NCBI RefSeq assembly: GCF_036321535.1
Contig: NC_087436.1
Location: 86,616,001-86,680,000, forward strand
Origin: Camelus dromedarius
Lineage: Eukaryota
DNA: 64,000 nt
Direction of reading: 5' to 3'
The first letter of the stretch is position 1, and each line of letters opens with the position of its first letter. Below are positions 36,639 to 48,766 of this stretch, piece after piece. A program made the position numbers and the translations under genes. The notes below the pieces were generated by a model, which worked only from the letters and a program-made list of their open reading frames with translations, ran no database searches and was not told the origin of the DNA.

Positions 36639-36791
36639 CACGGCCCTTTGAGCGATCCACCATCAGAAGCAGATCTTTTAAAAAAATAAATCGAGCGCTG
36701 AGTGTTCTTCGACGGACAAAGAGTGGAAGTACAGTGACCAATCAAGCCGACCAGGGCAGAGAAAATTCTGAAAACATCACTGTCCCTGATG
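36639..36791 (+). CDS. LNX1: LNX1 internal coding exon (153 nt, phase 1-1), linker before PDZ1
   Basis: Long pyrimidine tract ending in tcctcag|CA and donor GAT G|gtatgt. Translates (A)[50 protein letters not shown] in frame with the previous exon. Not in the ORF track. Confidence 0.96.
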
Positions 36792-37129
36792 GTATGTGAG
36801 CTTCTCTGCAAGGCTGGGCTTCTGGAATGACTTCAGGGGTCATGACAACTGGACCACCACCCTCTTTCTATGACATCTCTCTTCCCAAGGGCATACATAT
36901 TTTTTTACCTTAGTTAGCCTACTTCTTGCATAAGTAACTAAAAGCAGAAATTATTGTTCTTTTTTTACACAGGTTGAGGGAAAAGGTTTTGGAAGCCTCA
37001 CCTTCAGATGCTAGCTTAATGCATATAAAGAATAATAATTATAGTTGAAAGCATTTAGAACAGTAGTTCTGGCATGTAGTAAATGCTATGCAAGTATTCT
37101 TGTTAGGACTACATGTGATGTGCGGTTCT

Positions 37130-37290
37130 GTTTTCCATGCATTAACTCATTTAATCCTCACAACAACCTTATGAGGTAGCTACTCTTATTATCCCTGTTT
37201 TACAGATGAGGAAACTGAGGCACTGGGAGGTTACTTAGTTTGCCCCAGATTGTCTTCCTAAACTTGGAATCCAGGTAATGTGTGCAAAGG
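37130..37290 (-). mobile_element. MIR SINE
   Basis: 'cattaactcatttaatcctcacaacaaccttatgaggtag...attatccctgttttacagatgaggaaactgaggca'. Confidence 0.85.
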
Positions 37291-38275
37291 AAGTTATCGG
37301 ATCTTAGATCCTGTATGTTTCCCCAACATAAATGGAGCTGAGGAAATACTGTCCTGTCCTTTTTTTAATCTTATCTGAGAACTTTAGAGCAGTCACATTA
37401 ATAGCTTAAAATTTTTTGGAGCTTTCCTGGGTACCAGGTAGCACTCAAAGTCATTTAGACATCACAACGCTAAGGGAATAGGGATCATGATTCTCATCTT
37501 ACAGAAGAAGAAACTGAGACCCAGAGAGGCTGGGTTACTAGCCCGAAGTCACCCAGCTGGAAGATGGCAGACCTAGGATTTTAACTTGGGTCCTCTGGTT
37601 CCAGAGCCCACTCGTCTACCCACTGGATTAAATGCCCTCCACTCCTTTGAGATTAGGGGATAAATTCCAAACCACTGTCCTTATCATGCCCTTAGAGAAC
37701 TTTGAGCAGTCCTTTAAGGCCCCTTCTTACGTATATATCTCCTCCCACTCTGCACACACACACTACATCCTCTAACTACTCTGAACTTACTGTGGTCCTG
37801 TAAATACTGTGTCTTTCTCTCACCTCCATGTTGTCCAAAATGTACTCTCATTCCTCTTCAGCTGGCATCCTAATTCCTCCTTCCAGGCTCAGCATCGGCT
37901 TTGCCTCCTCCTGGAAGCCCTCCCGGACTCCCTCAGACCGCTTTCCTTTGCGTTCTCGAAGCACCTGTATCTCTATTATAGCAATGCCACCTTTCATTGT
38001 AACTGTACCAGTGAGGGCAGGGGTTCCTTATCTGAGCCTTTGTGTTCCCAAGGCCAAGCACGTACCTGGCACATAATAGTCTTCTCTGAATGTTTCTGCA
38101 ATGAATAAAAGGATTATAACTTCCTTTCTGCTGGTCTCCACTTCTTATTAAAGGCTCTTTAATTTCATTTTATATAAAATTTTCTCCACCTTAAATAAGA
38201 TCGATTAGCATGTTTTTTTGCAGAAACTTTTAAGAGACTACTGTGTGTAAAGCATTGGCCCAGGCTCTGTACTTT

Positions 38276-39157
38276 TTTTATTGGAGTATAGTTGAATTAC
38301 CATATTCCCATAGTGACTCAATATTTTTATAGATTATACTCCATTTAAAGTTATTATAAAATATTGGCTATGTTCCCTGTGCTGTTCCCTTATGTCTTAT
38401 TTGTTTTATACATAATAGTTTGTACCTGTTAATCTCCTTCCCATATCGTGTCCCTCCCCCTTTGCCTCTCCCCACTGGTAACCACTAGTTTGATCTCTAT
38501 ATACCTGTGAATTTGTCTGTTTTGTTTTTATATTTTAGATCCCACATATAAGTGATAACACACAGTATTTGTCTTTTTCTGTCTGACTTATTTCACTAAG
38601 CACAATACCCTCCAGGTCAAATGGCAGAATTCCATCCTTTTCTTATGGCTAAGGAGTCCTCCACTGTATATACAGACCACATCATGTTTATCCATTCATC
38701 TGTTGATGGACACTTTAGGTTACTCCCATATCTTTGCTGTCTTGGTAAATAATGCTGCTATGAACATTGGGGTGCATGTATCTTTTCAGATTAATGTCTT
38801 CATTTTCTTCGGATATACACTCAGGAATGGAATTGCTGGATCATATGGTAGTTCTGTTTTTAGTTATTTGAGCAACCGTCATACTGTGTTCTATAGCGGC
38901 TGCACCAATTTACATTCCCACCAACAGTGTACAAGGGTTTCCTTTTCTCTACATCCTTGCCAGCATTTGTTATCTGAAGACTTGGATGATAGCCACTCTG
39001 ACATATGTGAGGTGGTTAGCAATGTTGAGCATCTTTTCATGTGCCTGTTGGCCATCTGTATATCTTCTTTGGAAAAATGTCTATTCATGTCTTCTGCCCA
39101 TTTTTTAATCAAGTTTTTTTTTGTTGATATTGAGTTGTATGAACTGTTTATATATTT
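38276..39157 (-). mobile_element. 5'-truncated L1 with exact 14-bp TSD
   Basis: ORF2 peptide [28 protein letters not shown]...[41 protein letters not shown] at 38262-38275 and 39158-39171. Confidence 0.93.
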
Positions 39158-39769
39158 AGGCTCTGTACTTTGTATAGGTTACAAAATCCAGTTCCTGGCT
39201 TCAAGGGGTTTATTGAAGACTGAAAGAAAATAAAAGACCATGAAGAATGAGATATAAACCAACAGCAATGGGAGCCATAGGGAGAGGAGCACCACTTCCA
39301 AGAGGGACAGTGTAATCCATGTTTAAGGAGTGGTTTATGACCTGGATGGGCATTGGGATCTTGACTGTGTGTTGGAAAGTAATGAGAGATGAGGTTAAGG
39401 CCAGATTAGAAGGGTCCTGGATCCCATTTAGGAGTCTTGACTTGGGACAGTGAGCACACCTGGAAGCTTTTGCATAGAGTTGGAGCAGGATCACAGCTAT
39501 GCTTCAGGAAGACAAAGATGGCAGCCGTGTTCTCTGTGCAGTGGGCTTCGAGTGGGAGAAAAGAGATTTGCTCAGGCGCTCCAGGAAGCTATTACTCCAC
39601 AATGGGGTGAGACGTTAATGTAGTGATGTCTTCACAGGATTTGTGAGGCAACAAATTTTCAAAATGGCCCTAGGGTCTCATTGCTCCAGTAACCTGTGGT
39701 TAGTCTGGTGAACTCTTATGGCATGGTTTACCCATTCTTCTCATATCAGTGAAGAGCCTGGCTTCACTG

Positions 39770-39960
39770 TATCAGCTGTGTGTCTTGGCCGTGTTACTGG
39801 ACTTCTCTAAGTGTTAGTATTTCATCATCGAAAAAAACAGGAATAATAATAATCTAGTTCAAAAGGTTGTTGTGAGGACTAAACAAACAAAAAAATGCAT
39901 GCAAATTGCTTAGCTCAATGGCCAGCATATAATAAACATTTCATAACTGATAATATTACA
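39770..39960 (+). mobile_element. MIR SINE
   Basis: 'cagctgtgtgtcttggcc...acttctctaag...ggttgttgtgaggactaaa...tgcttagc'. Confidence 0.65.
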
Positions 39961-42045
39961 TCTTTTAGTCCTTAGGTAAGGACACAATATTGAACAGCTG
40001 TTTCTTTCCAGACCAGCACCAGTTTGGCAGTTTAAAAATGACTTTAACTCTTCAAGGTCCCTAGGGTTTTGTTGGTGTGACTCTAATTAACATCATTTCC
40101 AAGTGTGACCGGGTGTGACCTTTCAGACTGTCAATTCAGCCGTCCTTGAGTGGTTTAGATTTGGGAGCATGGTTTTTGTAAATCGGTTGGGAGAAAGACT
40201 AGAAAGGGAGGGGGAGGAGAGAGAGAAAATCAGCAGCTTTGCTGATTCTTTCCAAATCTTTCTTTGCTCAAAATGATTTTTTAAAGAACTTCCATTCCCT
40301 TGTCACCAGACCTGTTCCAACAAATGCTTGTGGGTAGAGCCCACTTAATGTAATCAACGTAGTTTAAACATTAATTGAACTCGATCACCCAAGTACTGTT
40401 AGCACCAGGAACTGACAGATTAAGACTGCTGCCCACAGACGTGCAGCAAAGCCCAATTGCTTACATTAAATTAAATCCCAGTGGGGGTTAAAGACCCACA
40501 TTTGCAACCTCTCAGGCTTCCTCTGGTCGCTAAATTGCTTTATTTATCATGATCCACAATACTTAGAAATGATCTTCATTCTTTCTGTATTGTTCTTGGA
40601 GAGTTGAGTACTTGTTAATGAGCTCATAGTTCATTAGGGAAAATGGACTGTCATGGGTTTTGAAAACAACCACAAAGAATGTTTTATGTAGAACCAGACC
40701 TGCAGTTTTGATCTTTCCAGATGACATAATTAAGGGAGGGTCTTAGGGCGAAGGCAGCTGTCATCAGCTACAGGAGACAAAAGCATCTCTGCCCTCGGCA
40801 TCCAAACTCAAGCTTTGAGCAACTGGGGAGGAGCTACAGCTCCCACCACACCGGGTGTAGTGTGGCCGGCTTCGACAGGTGCCCCTCTGTGTGCTGCTAT
40901 TCGAATCGAGGTGGAGAACGGTGCCAGTTGGTGCTGCTGGCTTTTAGGTCTATGGAGCAAGTCTCCTGTGGGACTGTAGCCAGCTGTGAACCCCTGGCTC
41001 TGGGGGAATCTGAGGGAGGTGACAGGAGGGCAGGTCATCAGGAGCCCCAGGTTCTGACCTGGCTCTCAGGGCCACCAAACTGCCACCTACAGCCGGTCCT
41101 GTCACTTCCCCTCTCCAAGCTCACACCTCCTCACTTGTAACATAAAGTTTTGATGGTCACTAGCAAACTACACAACTAGAGAAGCTCTTCCAGGTGGGGG
41201 CCCAGGGGGACCTGTGAGAGATGTCACAGGGAAAGAAGACTCCTCAGTGAAAAGGTCAAGTTGGAAAACACCAGCCTCCATCTCTGGACCTCCTCTTGGC
41301 TCTGAATTCAGCGATTCGGGCAGACTAGGGACAAATCTCTTGATGCCACCAACTGGAACTGGGCCTCTTTGCTTCATTGTGAGCCAGGCCGTTGGATTTC
41401 CCTTTACTGACAGCAGGGTCGGGTAGAGGGGACTGGTGATTCCTTAAGCTTGAAAAGCAGGGCCTTCCAGGAGGAAGTCTTCAAAATGATCTGAGAGAGC
41501 AGAACAGGTTTGTTCTGTTTTGCTCCCTGACGAGTAAGTGATCAAACTGTGATCCATCCCCAATTGACCATTCGTTCATTCATCCCTCCTCACTCAATAA
41601 ACCGACTGAAGTTTCCCGTGTAGAGATCTGGGCATAGAACTACGGAATAGCCAGAAATTGTGTCCTCAAGGATCTTAGAGTCAAATAGGGGGTATAGGAA
41701 ATGGGCATGAATAAGAATGAGCACAGAAGGCAGGGTGCCATGGGAAATAGAAAGCTTTATGGGAAATGGGATATTTAGAGAGCAGGGGAGAGGGATCAGG
41801 GTAGAGTGTAATTGGAAGGGATCATTTCATGCAGGCCTTAAGGGAAAAATTGGGCTCAGGCCTAGAATGGAAAACATTCCAGGCAGAGAAACTTCTGCTG
41901 GCATGGAGGCAGGAAGATGGAAAACATGTACAGCGAACGATGAATAGTTTAGTTTGGCTGGAACCAAAGTTTGGCAAGAGGAAGAGTGGTTGGAAATGTC
42001 GGTTGGGTGGGTGTCTTAAATAAACACTGTCTTTGTCCATTTTAG

Positions 42046-42248
42046 TCTTTCCAAGGTTGTATCACCTAATTCCAGATGGTGAAATTACCAGCATCAAGAT
42101 CAATCGAGCAGATCCCAGTGAAAGCCTCTCTATTAGGCTTGTGGGAGGCAGTGAAACCCCGCTGGTCCATATCATTATTCAGCACATTTATCGTGATGGG
42201 GCCGTCGCCAGAGATGGCCGGCTGCTGCCAGGAGACATCATCCTGAAG
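42046..42248 (+). CDS. LNX1: LNX1 internal coding exon (203 nt), N-terminal part of PDZ1
   Basis: Acceptor ccattttag|TC and donor AAG|gtagag. Translates (V)[67 protein letters not shown]. Confidence 0.97.
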
Positions 42249-43959
42249 GTAGAGACCATGGCTGTGGAGCCATCAGGGGGGCTTAATCAAAATGACCTGT
42301 GAGCAAATAATTGGATCAGTGGATGGACAGATGGGTGGATGGATGGGTGGATAAAACACTAACACGTATGTGGAGCCGTCACTTCTCATAGTTATTGTGT
42401 TGATATGACTTCATATGAGATTTGTAATTTGAGATCAGTCTTTGTCCTTCTGTCTTTCTCATTCTCCCTGTGCATGAATATTTCTTTCTCTGTATCATTT
42501 TGTCTGTCTTCCCCTCCTTCCTCTTCCTTCTCCTAACTTGTCCTCCCCTTTCTCTACCTCCCCTTTCTCTCCTCCTACCCCTTTCTCCTACTTTAAGTAG
42601 CAGAAACATAAAACTAGAGTATGTATCTCCTTAAATTGTTTTTAGAGCAAATTACCGAAACATTTTGTACTTTATCTAATCGCTCACATTCACTTACTCC
42701 TCTAAAGTAAATTTTCTATAGCTTAATGGCCCGTCAAGGAAAAAAAATCCCTAAGTTATTCTGCCAACCCACAGACCCTCCAGGGGAGGCAGGTGTTGGA
42801 ACAGAATGCCTTGGGCGTGACTGTCCTCTGAGGCTTGGTTGAGGGGAAGGATATTGGGGAGGGATTTTCAGAAGACAAGAAAGGATGAAGGAAGAGTTGT
42901 TTATCAGACAGAAGTCCAACATGAGCCAAAAGCGATAAGAAATCCCTCCCTTGGTCTAATTTCCTGTCTGATACTCGGATGACAGTTTCATCCCATCCCT
43001 TCTGGGTTGCTGAGGGGCCAGCTCTTGACACACCATGAGCTGTTTCTCTGGCAAAGAAATTCTTATTCTTTGGAATAAGAGGAGCAAGAATTTAAAGCAG
43101 TTATTGTAGAGACACTGATATTCCCACTGGCCTCGGAGGTGGAGTACGAGGCAGGGCCCATCATCCTCGAGGGACAGTGAGCTGTGCAATCAGCGACTCT
43201 CCGCATGGCTTCCTCCCAGTTCTGTGGAAACTATGCTGCCTGGGAGGGTTGCATAATAATAGATATTGATTCTTGTGGCCTTCAACTGGCACTTGCAGGC
43301 AAATGAACTGCCAAGACTACTTAGAAGGTGACCTTGACTTTCTCTTGGCCTGGGTACGATGGGGGAAACCAGACACAAGTTAAGGTGACAGAACAGAGCA
43401 AGGTCCTTGAGCTCACCTGGGCTTGGACAAAGGCAGTGAGCCTTGTCTGTGCACACGGGAGCCTCCATCCATCCCTATGGATGCAGCAGAGGACTGGCAA
43501 TGGCTGCAGGAAGGCTCATGAAAGTCTCACTCCAAGACTGTTCTAACTGTTGGCTGCACGTACAAGAAATCTTACCAAACCATAGAAATTCAAGAAGGTT
43601 GTTTCTCTTCTGTTGGGGCCTCCTTCCTTAAGCGCAGAGTGCAGCGCTGCTGTGAAATTGTTTTCTTTCTGAGCAGTGACCACCTCGAGGGGCTGAAGCC
43701 TTCAGGCTGGGCCTGGGTAATTAAAACCAGAACGCCCCATGCAGCAGTCTGCAGATCATCAGTGAGGCGCAAATGAGAGGGCCAAGTTGGAGGACATTTA
43801 AGGAGCTTAATAAAGTGATCCAGCCTTTTACTAAAAAAGCCTAGACACTTCCATTCATATCAGTTTGTCTGGAACTGTGCAGAGATTTTTTGTTGTTGTT
43901 TTATTGAGAACATGGGCAAAAGATCTTGTAGGCGACCATCTTGAGACTTGACATACTCT

Positions 43960-43998
43960 CACACACACACACACACACTTTCCAACACACAAATATAT

Positions 43999-44032
<34 letters not shown>
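43960..44032. repeat. Compound CA microsatellite: (CA)9 and (AC)13
   Basis: Runs at 43960-43977 and 44007-44032. Confidence 0.95.
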
Positions 44033-44535
44033 TGAGTAGTGGGGCCTGGAAGTTCCAGTACGGGTGACCCAGGGAGAAAAATTCATTGGGAGATTTTTGG
44101 AAAGAAAATGTCAACTGAGTTTGATTTGAACAGCAGTTTAATGTGACCATTTGAGCTCAGTGGGCAATTTTCTTTCTTCTTTGGCCTTTTCCCACTTTTT
44201 CTTCCTTTTCCTCCCCCTTCAACTGAAAAATAAGTTTAGCAAGCAACAGAAATGAGGGTTAGGACTGTGTAAATAAATTTGAGAGCACGTGTGGGACAAG
44301 GCTGAACAAGGATGGCATCTACAGAGACTTGGAATGTGTGCAGGTAACACTCGAGGCAAGCAGGGTCAGAAGTCTTGTTGGAAGATGGGGATATTTGGAC
44401 ATTTGGGTGGAGGATAAGGTGATAGAGCAGAGTGGCCCTTAAGGGAGGGCCCCGGTGATTCTGTGGCGGGGCCTCTTAGGAAGGGTTGGAGCTGATGGCG
44501 TGGTCACTCCTGATTCTGAGCTCCCCTCCGCCCAG

Positions 44536-44907
44536 GTCAATGGGATGGACATCAGCAACGTGCCTCACAACTACGCCCTGCGCCTCCTGCGGCAGCCCTG
44601 CCAGGTGCTGCGGCTGACCGTGCTGCGGGAGCAGAAGTTCCGGACCAGGACCGACGGACAGCCCCTGGACACCTATGGACCCCAGGGGGACAGTTTCCAC
44701 GTGATTCTTAACAAAAGCAGCCCTGACGAGCAGCTTGGAATAAAACTGGTGCGCAAGGTGGATGAGCCTGGGGTGTTTATTTTCAACGTGCTGGATGGTG
44801 GGGTGGCAGACCGACACGGCCAGCTGGAGGAGAACGACCGCGTGTTAGCCATCAACGGACATGACCTTCGGTACGGCAGCCCGGAAAGCGCAGCTCATCT
44901 GATTCAG
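44536..44907 (+). CDS. LNX1: LNX1 internal coding exon (372 nt, phase 0-0), end of PDZ1 and most of PDZ2
   Basis: Acceptor ccgcccag|GTC and donor CAG|gtgggt. Translates [33 protein letters not shown]...[72 protein letters not shown]. Confidence 0.98.
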
Positions 44908-45659
44908 GTGGGTCATTCCAAGACCCCAGTCAGAAACTGGCAGCGTGGGTGGGAACGCTCATCACCCTGACCTACCTACCCCAATTCCTACCCCATGTGA
45001 CATACAGTGCCTCCCTTTCGAGGAGTCAGGAGTGAAGGGCCAGGTAAGAACATGACTTGAGCAAGTGATGTGTCTCAGGGTCATGGCCATTCCCTTGATG
45101 TTGCCAGTTGTCCAGTCTGACTGCCGGTAAACCCACTGGGCTATGGGTTGCAACCTCATCTGGTTAAAGTCACTCAAGGACACCGAGTTGTGTCATCCCT
45201 GTGCACGGTCTGATAGTTGCAGACCCAGGGGTCACCCCGATACATTCTGGACACATCTAAGACATCCAGTTGTACTAACTCCCATAAGAAGCTGTGCCAC
45301 GTGCCCTCCAGGGATCCTGTGGACAAGAGACTGCCATAGGATTGGCTAAGGCTGAGCCCTGTCTCCATGGCTAAGTCCAGCCCCTTTGGAGAACCCATGC
45401 GATCTCAAATATGAACCCAAGGAAGCACCTCCCCCCCCAGTAAGAGAGGCATACAAAATTATTATTACTCAGTCAAGGTAGTGTTCATGATTGCCTGAGA
45501 TTGGTTCAGACTCATTCAATCTCCTGACTGGAGTGGTGCTCCCAAGCACCAGCGTGCGTCTTGTTGATTCTTGCTGGGTCACCATGAGTTCTTCTAATGT
45601 TCACTGAGCTGCCAGCTTTATTCTAAAAGGGACAGGCTTTGTTTTAGACTCATACTTTC

Positions 45660-46310
45660 ACCCATTTATCCACTTCACTTAGCCAAAATGTGTTGTACTT
45701 TTGCCACTTGCCTAGTCCTGGGTGAGGTGCTGAGAACTGGGAGGTGATGATCTCTTAGGCTGCCCTCCCAAAGAAGCCCATGCTCTAGTAGAGGAGGTAG
45801 ATTTTTTCTAAATGACTGCTGTGTGGTGTGATAGTATATAATGGAGAAATTAAGTATAGTGCTGGTGCAGACAAAGGAGAGATTTTTTTTTTGCTTGGAT
45901 GGGGTTAAAAATTATTCACAGAGGAGGAAAATCTTAAACTGGGGCTTCAAGGAATCCGCAGAAGTTCTCTAAGTGGACGAGGCAGGGAGGGTCATTCTAA
46001 GGAGAAACAACCCAAAAGAATGTTTCCCCAAAAGCCAGTTAGGGAAGTGGTTAATACCTGGAGTTCATGTGGTGTTCATGTAAAAAACAGCGAGAGATAA
46101 GGCGGGGTGGTCAGCAAGGGCCAGATCATGTGGACATTAAGAGCCACGCTAGGGAGCTCACACTTTATCCCCAAGGCCATGAGGTGTCGTTGGAAGGGTT
46201 TAAGAAAGGAAGTGATATAATTTTCTGGAAAGATCTTTCTAGAGGCAGTGGAGAGCTGATAAGAGAGAGGTGAGTTTAGAGGCCTTGTCTTAAGATGCAT
46301 TTGTAATTAC
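45660..46310 (-). mobile_element. L2 LINE fragment (degenerate)
   Basis: 'gggccagatcatgtggacattaagagccacgctagggagctcacactttatccccaaggccatg...ggaagggttttaag' is an L2 antisense motif series. Confidence 0.65.
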
Positions 46311-46839
46311 CCAACATGTCATGTCAGCTCCCACTTAATGACTAAAGAGTTAATACCTCAAGAAGAGAAAGAGTCAGCAGCAGTAGTTGACTGGATCTTG
46401 TGCCAAGTCCCACAAAGGATGACAGTCAGAAGTCAGAGGCTGCCCTCAAGGACTTGACGATCTAAGTGCAAACTAATCTCCCTATCGTTGTGTTCTCGTC
46501 ATGGACTTCTTCCCGGTGTTGGCAGCTCTTTTCACTATTGTGTGTAGTATCTTAGCCCTCTTTTTTGAGGAGAACCAAGTAGTGTATGAAATTATTGTCC
46601 CTTTAGGTGTGGAAAGCCTGAGGCAGAGGGCGCAGGGGACTTGCCCTGCTTCCTCTCTCTGCCAGGATAGGAAGCACACGTGGTGCTTTGGCCCCTGAGC
46701 TGAGGCTTTGGGTGGTGTCTAAGTTCCAAGGTGATTCTCAACCTAATGGACATCCATCTTCCCTGCAGGGCTGTGGCCATGCCCTGAGAAGCAGGAGGAG
46801 AGCAAAACCAGAGTTACAAGAGGCATTCCCCTTCTGGAG

Positions 46840-47812
46840 TGTCTGCCATCTATTCCCGAATTCATATTCCTGGCTCAGCTTCTCCTCTGAACGCCACACT
46901 TTCATATTCAACTGCCCACTTGGTATCTCCACATGGATGTCTAAAAGGCATCTCAAATTTAATACCCAAAAGTCAACCCTTGGCTTCTCCCGCCCCCATG
47001 CCTAACCAGACCTGCTCTTCCATCAGTCTTTGCACATCTGTAGAAATGATGCCACCATTTACCTAGTTGCTTGCACCAAAAAGAGCCTTGACTCCTTTCC
47101 ACATCCCCTCCCTGCAGTCCATCTCTCACCATCTCCATGGCTTCCATCAGCCAGGCCACCATCAGCTTTGGTCTGGGCCACCGCAGGAACCTCTTAACCG
47201 GCCTCTTTGCTTCCAAACTTGGTCCCCCACCTCTGCTCTCCACACAGCAGTTAGAATGACCACTTTACAAAGTCAGTCTCACCCTATCATTCTCTTGCGG
47301 TCCGCCCTCTGATGCTTCCCAAGACACACAGGTTAAAATTCCAAATCCTTACCGTGGCCTGCAGAGCTGTACCAGTCTGATCTTGAGTTCTCCCTCCAAC
47401 CTCATCTCTTAAACGAAGGGAAGAATTTCTGGCATCCTGCTCCTGGCTTAACCAGGCTCAGTCACACTGCCTTCTTGCTGTTCTTCAAACACTCTAAGAA
47501 CTTCCTCAAGTCAAGACTGATCTTCTTGGTGTCCCTTTGATTGGAAGACTCTGCCAAATATCTGTGTAACTCCTGTACTTCATTCAGTTCTCTCTTCAAA
47601 TGTCACCTCCTCAGAGAGGCCTTCCCTGATGATTCCACTTAAAGTAGCATTCCCCACCCTCAGCTCCATATCCTCTAATCTTTATTTTCTACCAGCAAAT
47701 TATCTTGTTACTACCTGGCAGTCTAGTATAGTTTATTACCATAGAGTATTATATCTCAGCACTTAGAGAAATGCCTGGCAGAAATAGACACTCAAAGATT
47801 TGCATGAATAAG
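46840..47812 (+). mobile_element. L2 LINE 3' fragment
   Basis: 'atattcaactgcccacttggtatctccacatggatgtctaaaaggcatctcaaattt', 'tcaaatgtcacctcctcagagaggccttccctga' and 3' end 'cagcacttagagaaatgcctggca...gcatgaataa'. Confidence 0.85.
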
Positions 47813-48637
47813 TGTAGTCACATTATAAAAATGTGTGATTATATACAATTTACACATTAATTCCATCTCATAGGCATCCTTTTGTCAAACCATTTACCAA
47901 AGAACGAACACCAAATTCACATCTACACTATCCGTCCCCAAGGTAGAATCTCTATTTTTCGCCTCCTTGAATGTGTTCAGTTATTACTGGCTGAGCACCT
48001 TCTAAGTGCCCAGAGGTGTGTAGCACTGTGGTGAACAAGACTGACACAGTCCTGGCCTCGTAGAGCTTGGAATACGTTCCCATCTCTCCCAAATACAGTC
48101 GAGTCAGCGCTGAGCAGGTGGTTCTAGCCTGTGTGCCAAGGAGTGAGAACAGGAAATAGACAGTGTTTATGAAAACAACTCATGGGAAAGGGAGAGTCCT
48201 TGGGTTTTTTCTTCATGAAGAAACTGCACTCTAAGCATGATTTTTTTTCTCTTTAAAAACCGGACTCTTAGATGACCATCATTTTTTTTTTTCCTGTGTT
48301 CCATTTGTCAACTCCCTCTGTAGGTCAATCAGTGCAGCTCATGTTCTAGAGAAAACCTGCCAACTATCCTTTGCAATAGGAAAAAGAAAAACTCCCTTAT
48401 TTGTGTCACTGGGAAAAATTCTGATGACCTATGGCATTCTGCTTTTGTAGATTAGTAACAGAAGAGGAAAAAATTTTTTCCCTGAGAAAGTTAATTGATG
48501 AAATAAAATCTTGCCTAATAGTGGGATTTCCTAAAAGATTTTTCTGCTTACCAAACAAAGCCAATGTGCTTTATAGGTAGGAGAAGATGAGGTGGGAGAA
48601 AAAAAGCTTGGGCAGAGCTAGTTGGAAAAGAAATGGA

Positions 48638-48766
48638 GGGGGAAGGATATAGTTCAGTGGTAGAGCACATGCTTAGCCTGCATGAGGTCCTGGGTTCAAT
48701 CCCCAGTACTGCCATTAACTAGATAAATAAACCTAATTACCTCCCCACCAAAAATTTTTCAAAGAT
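48638..48766 (+). mobile_element. Camelid-type tRNA-derived SINE (Vic-1-like) with 11-bp TSD
   Basis: GGGGGAAGGATATAGTTCAGTGGTAGAGCACATGCTTAGCCTGCATGAGGTCCTGGGTTCAATCCCCAG (Pol III A/B boxes) followed by TAAATAAACCTAATTACCTCCCC. TSD AAAGAAATGGA at 48627-48637 and 48767-48777. Confidence 0.92.

Noticed and set aside
38703..39233. 176-aa + strand ORF
   Set aside because: Antisense reading of an L1 3' fragment.
44455..44970. ORF-track extensions beyond LNX1 exons (also 35795-36181, 42033-42302, 63017-63271) as stand-alone genes
   Set aside because: Similarity to LNX1 starts and stops exactly at canonical AG/GT sites. The extensions are intronic read-through.
48638..48715. tRNA genes (also 61017-61085 and 23620-23694)
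   Set aside because: The tRNA-like heads are followed by SINE tails or poly(A) and flanked by TSDs. These are SINEs, not functional tRNAs.
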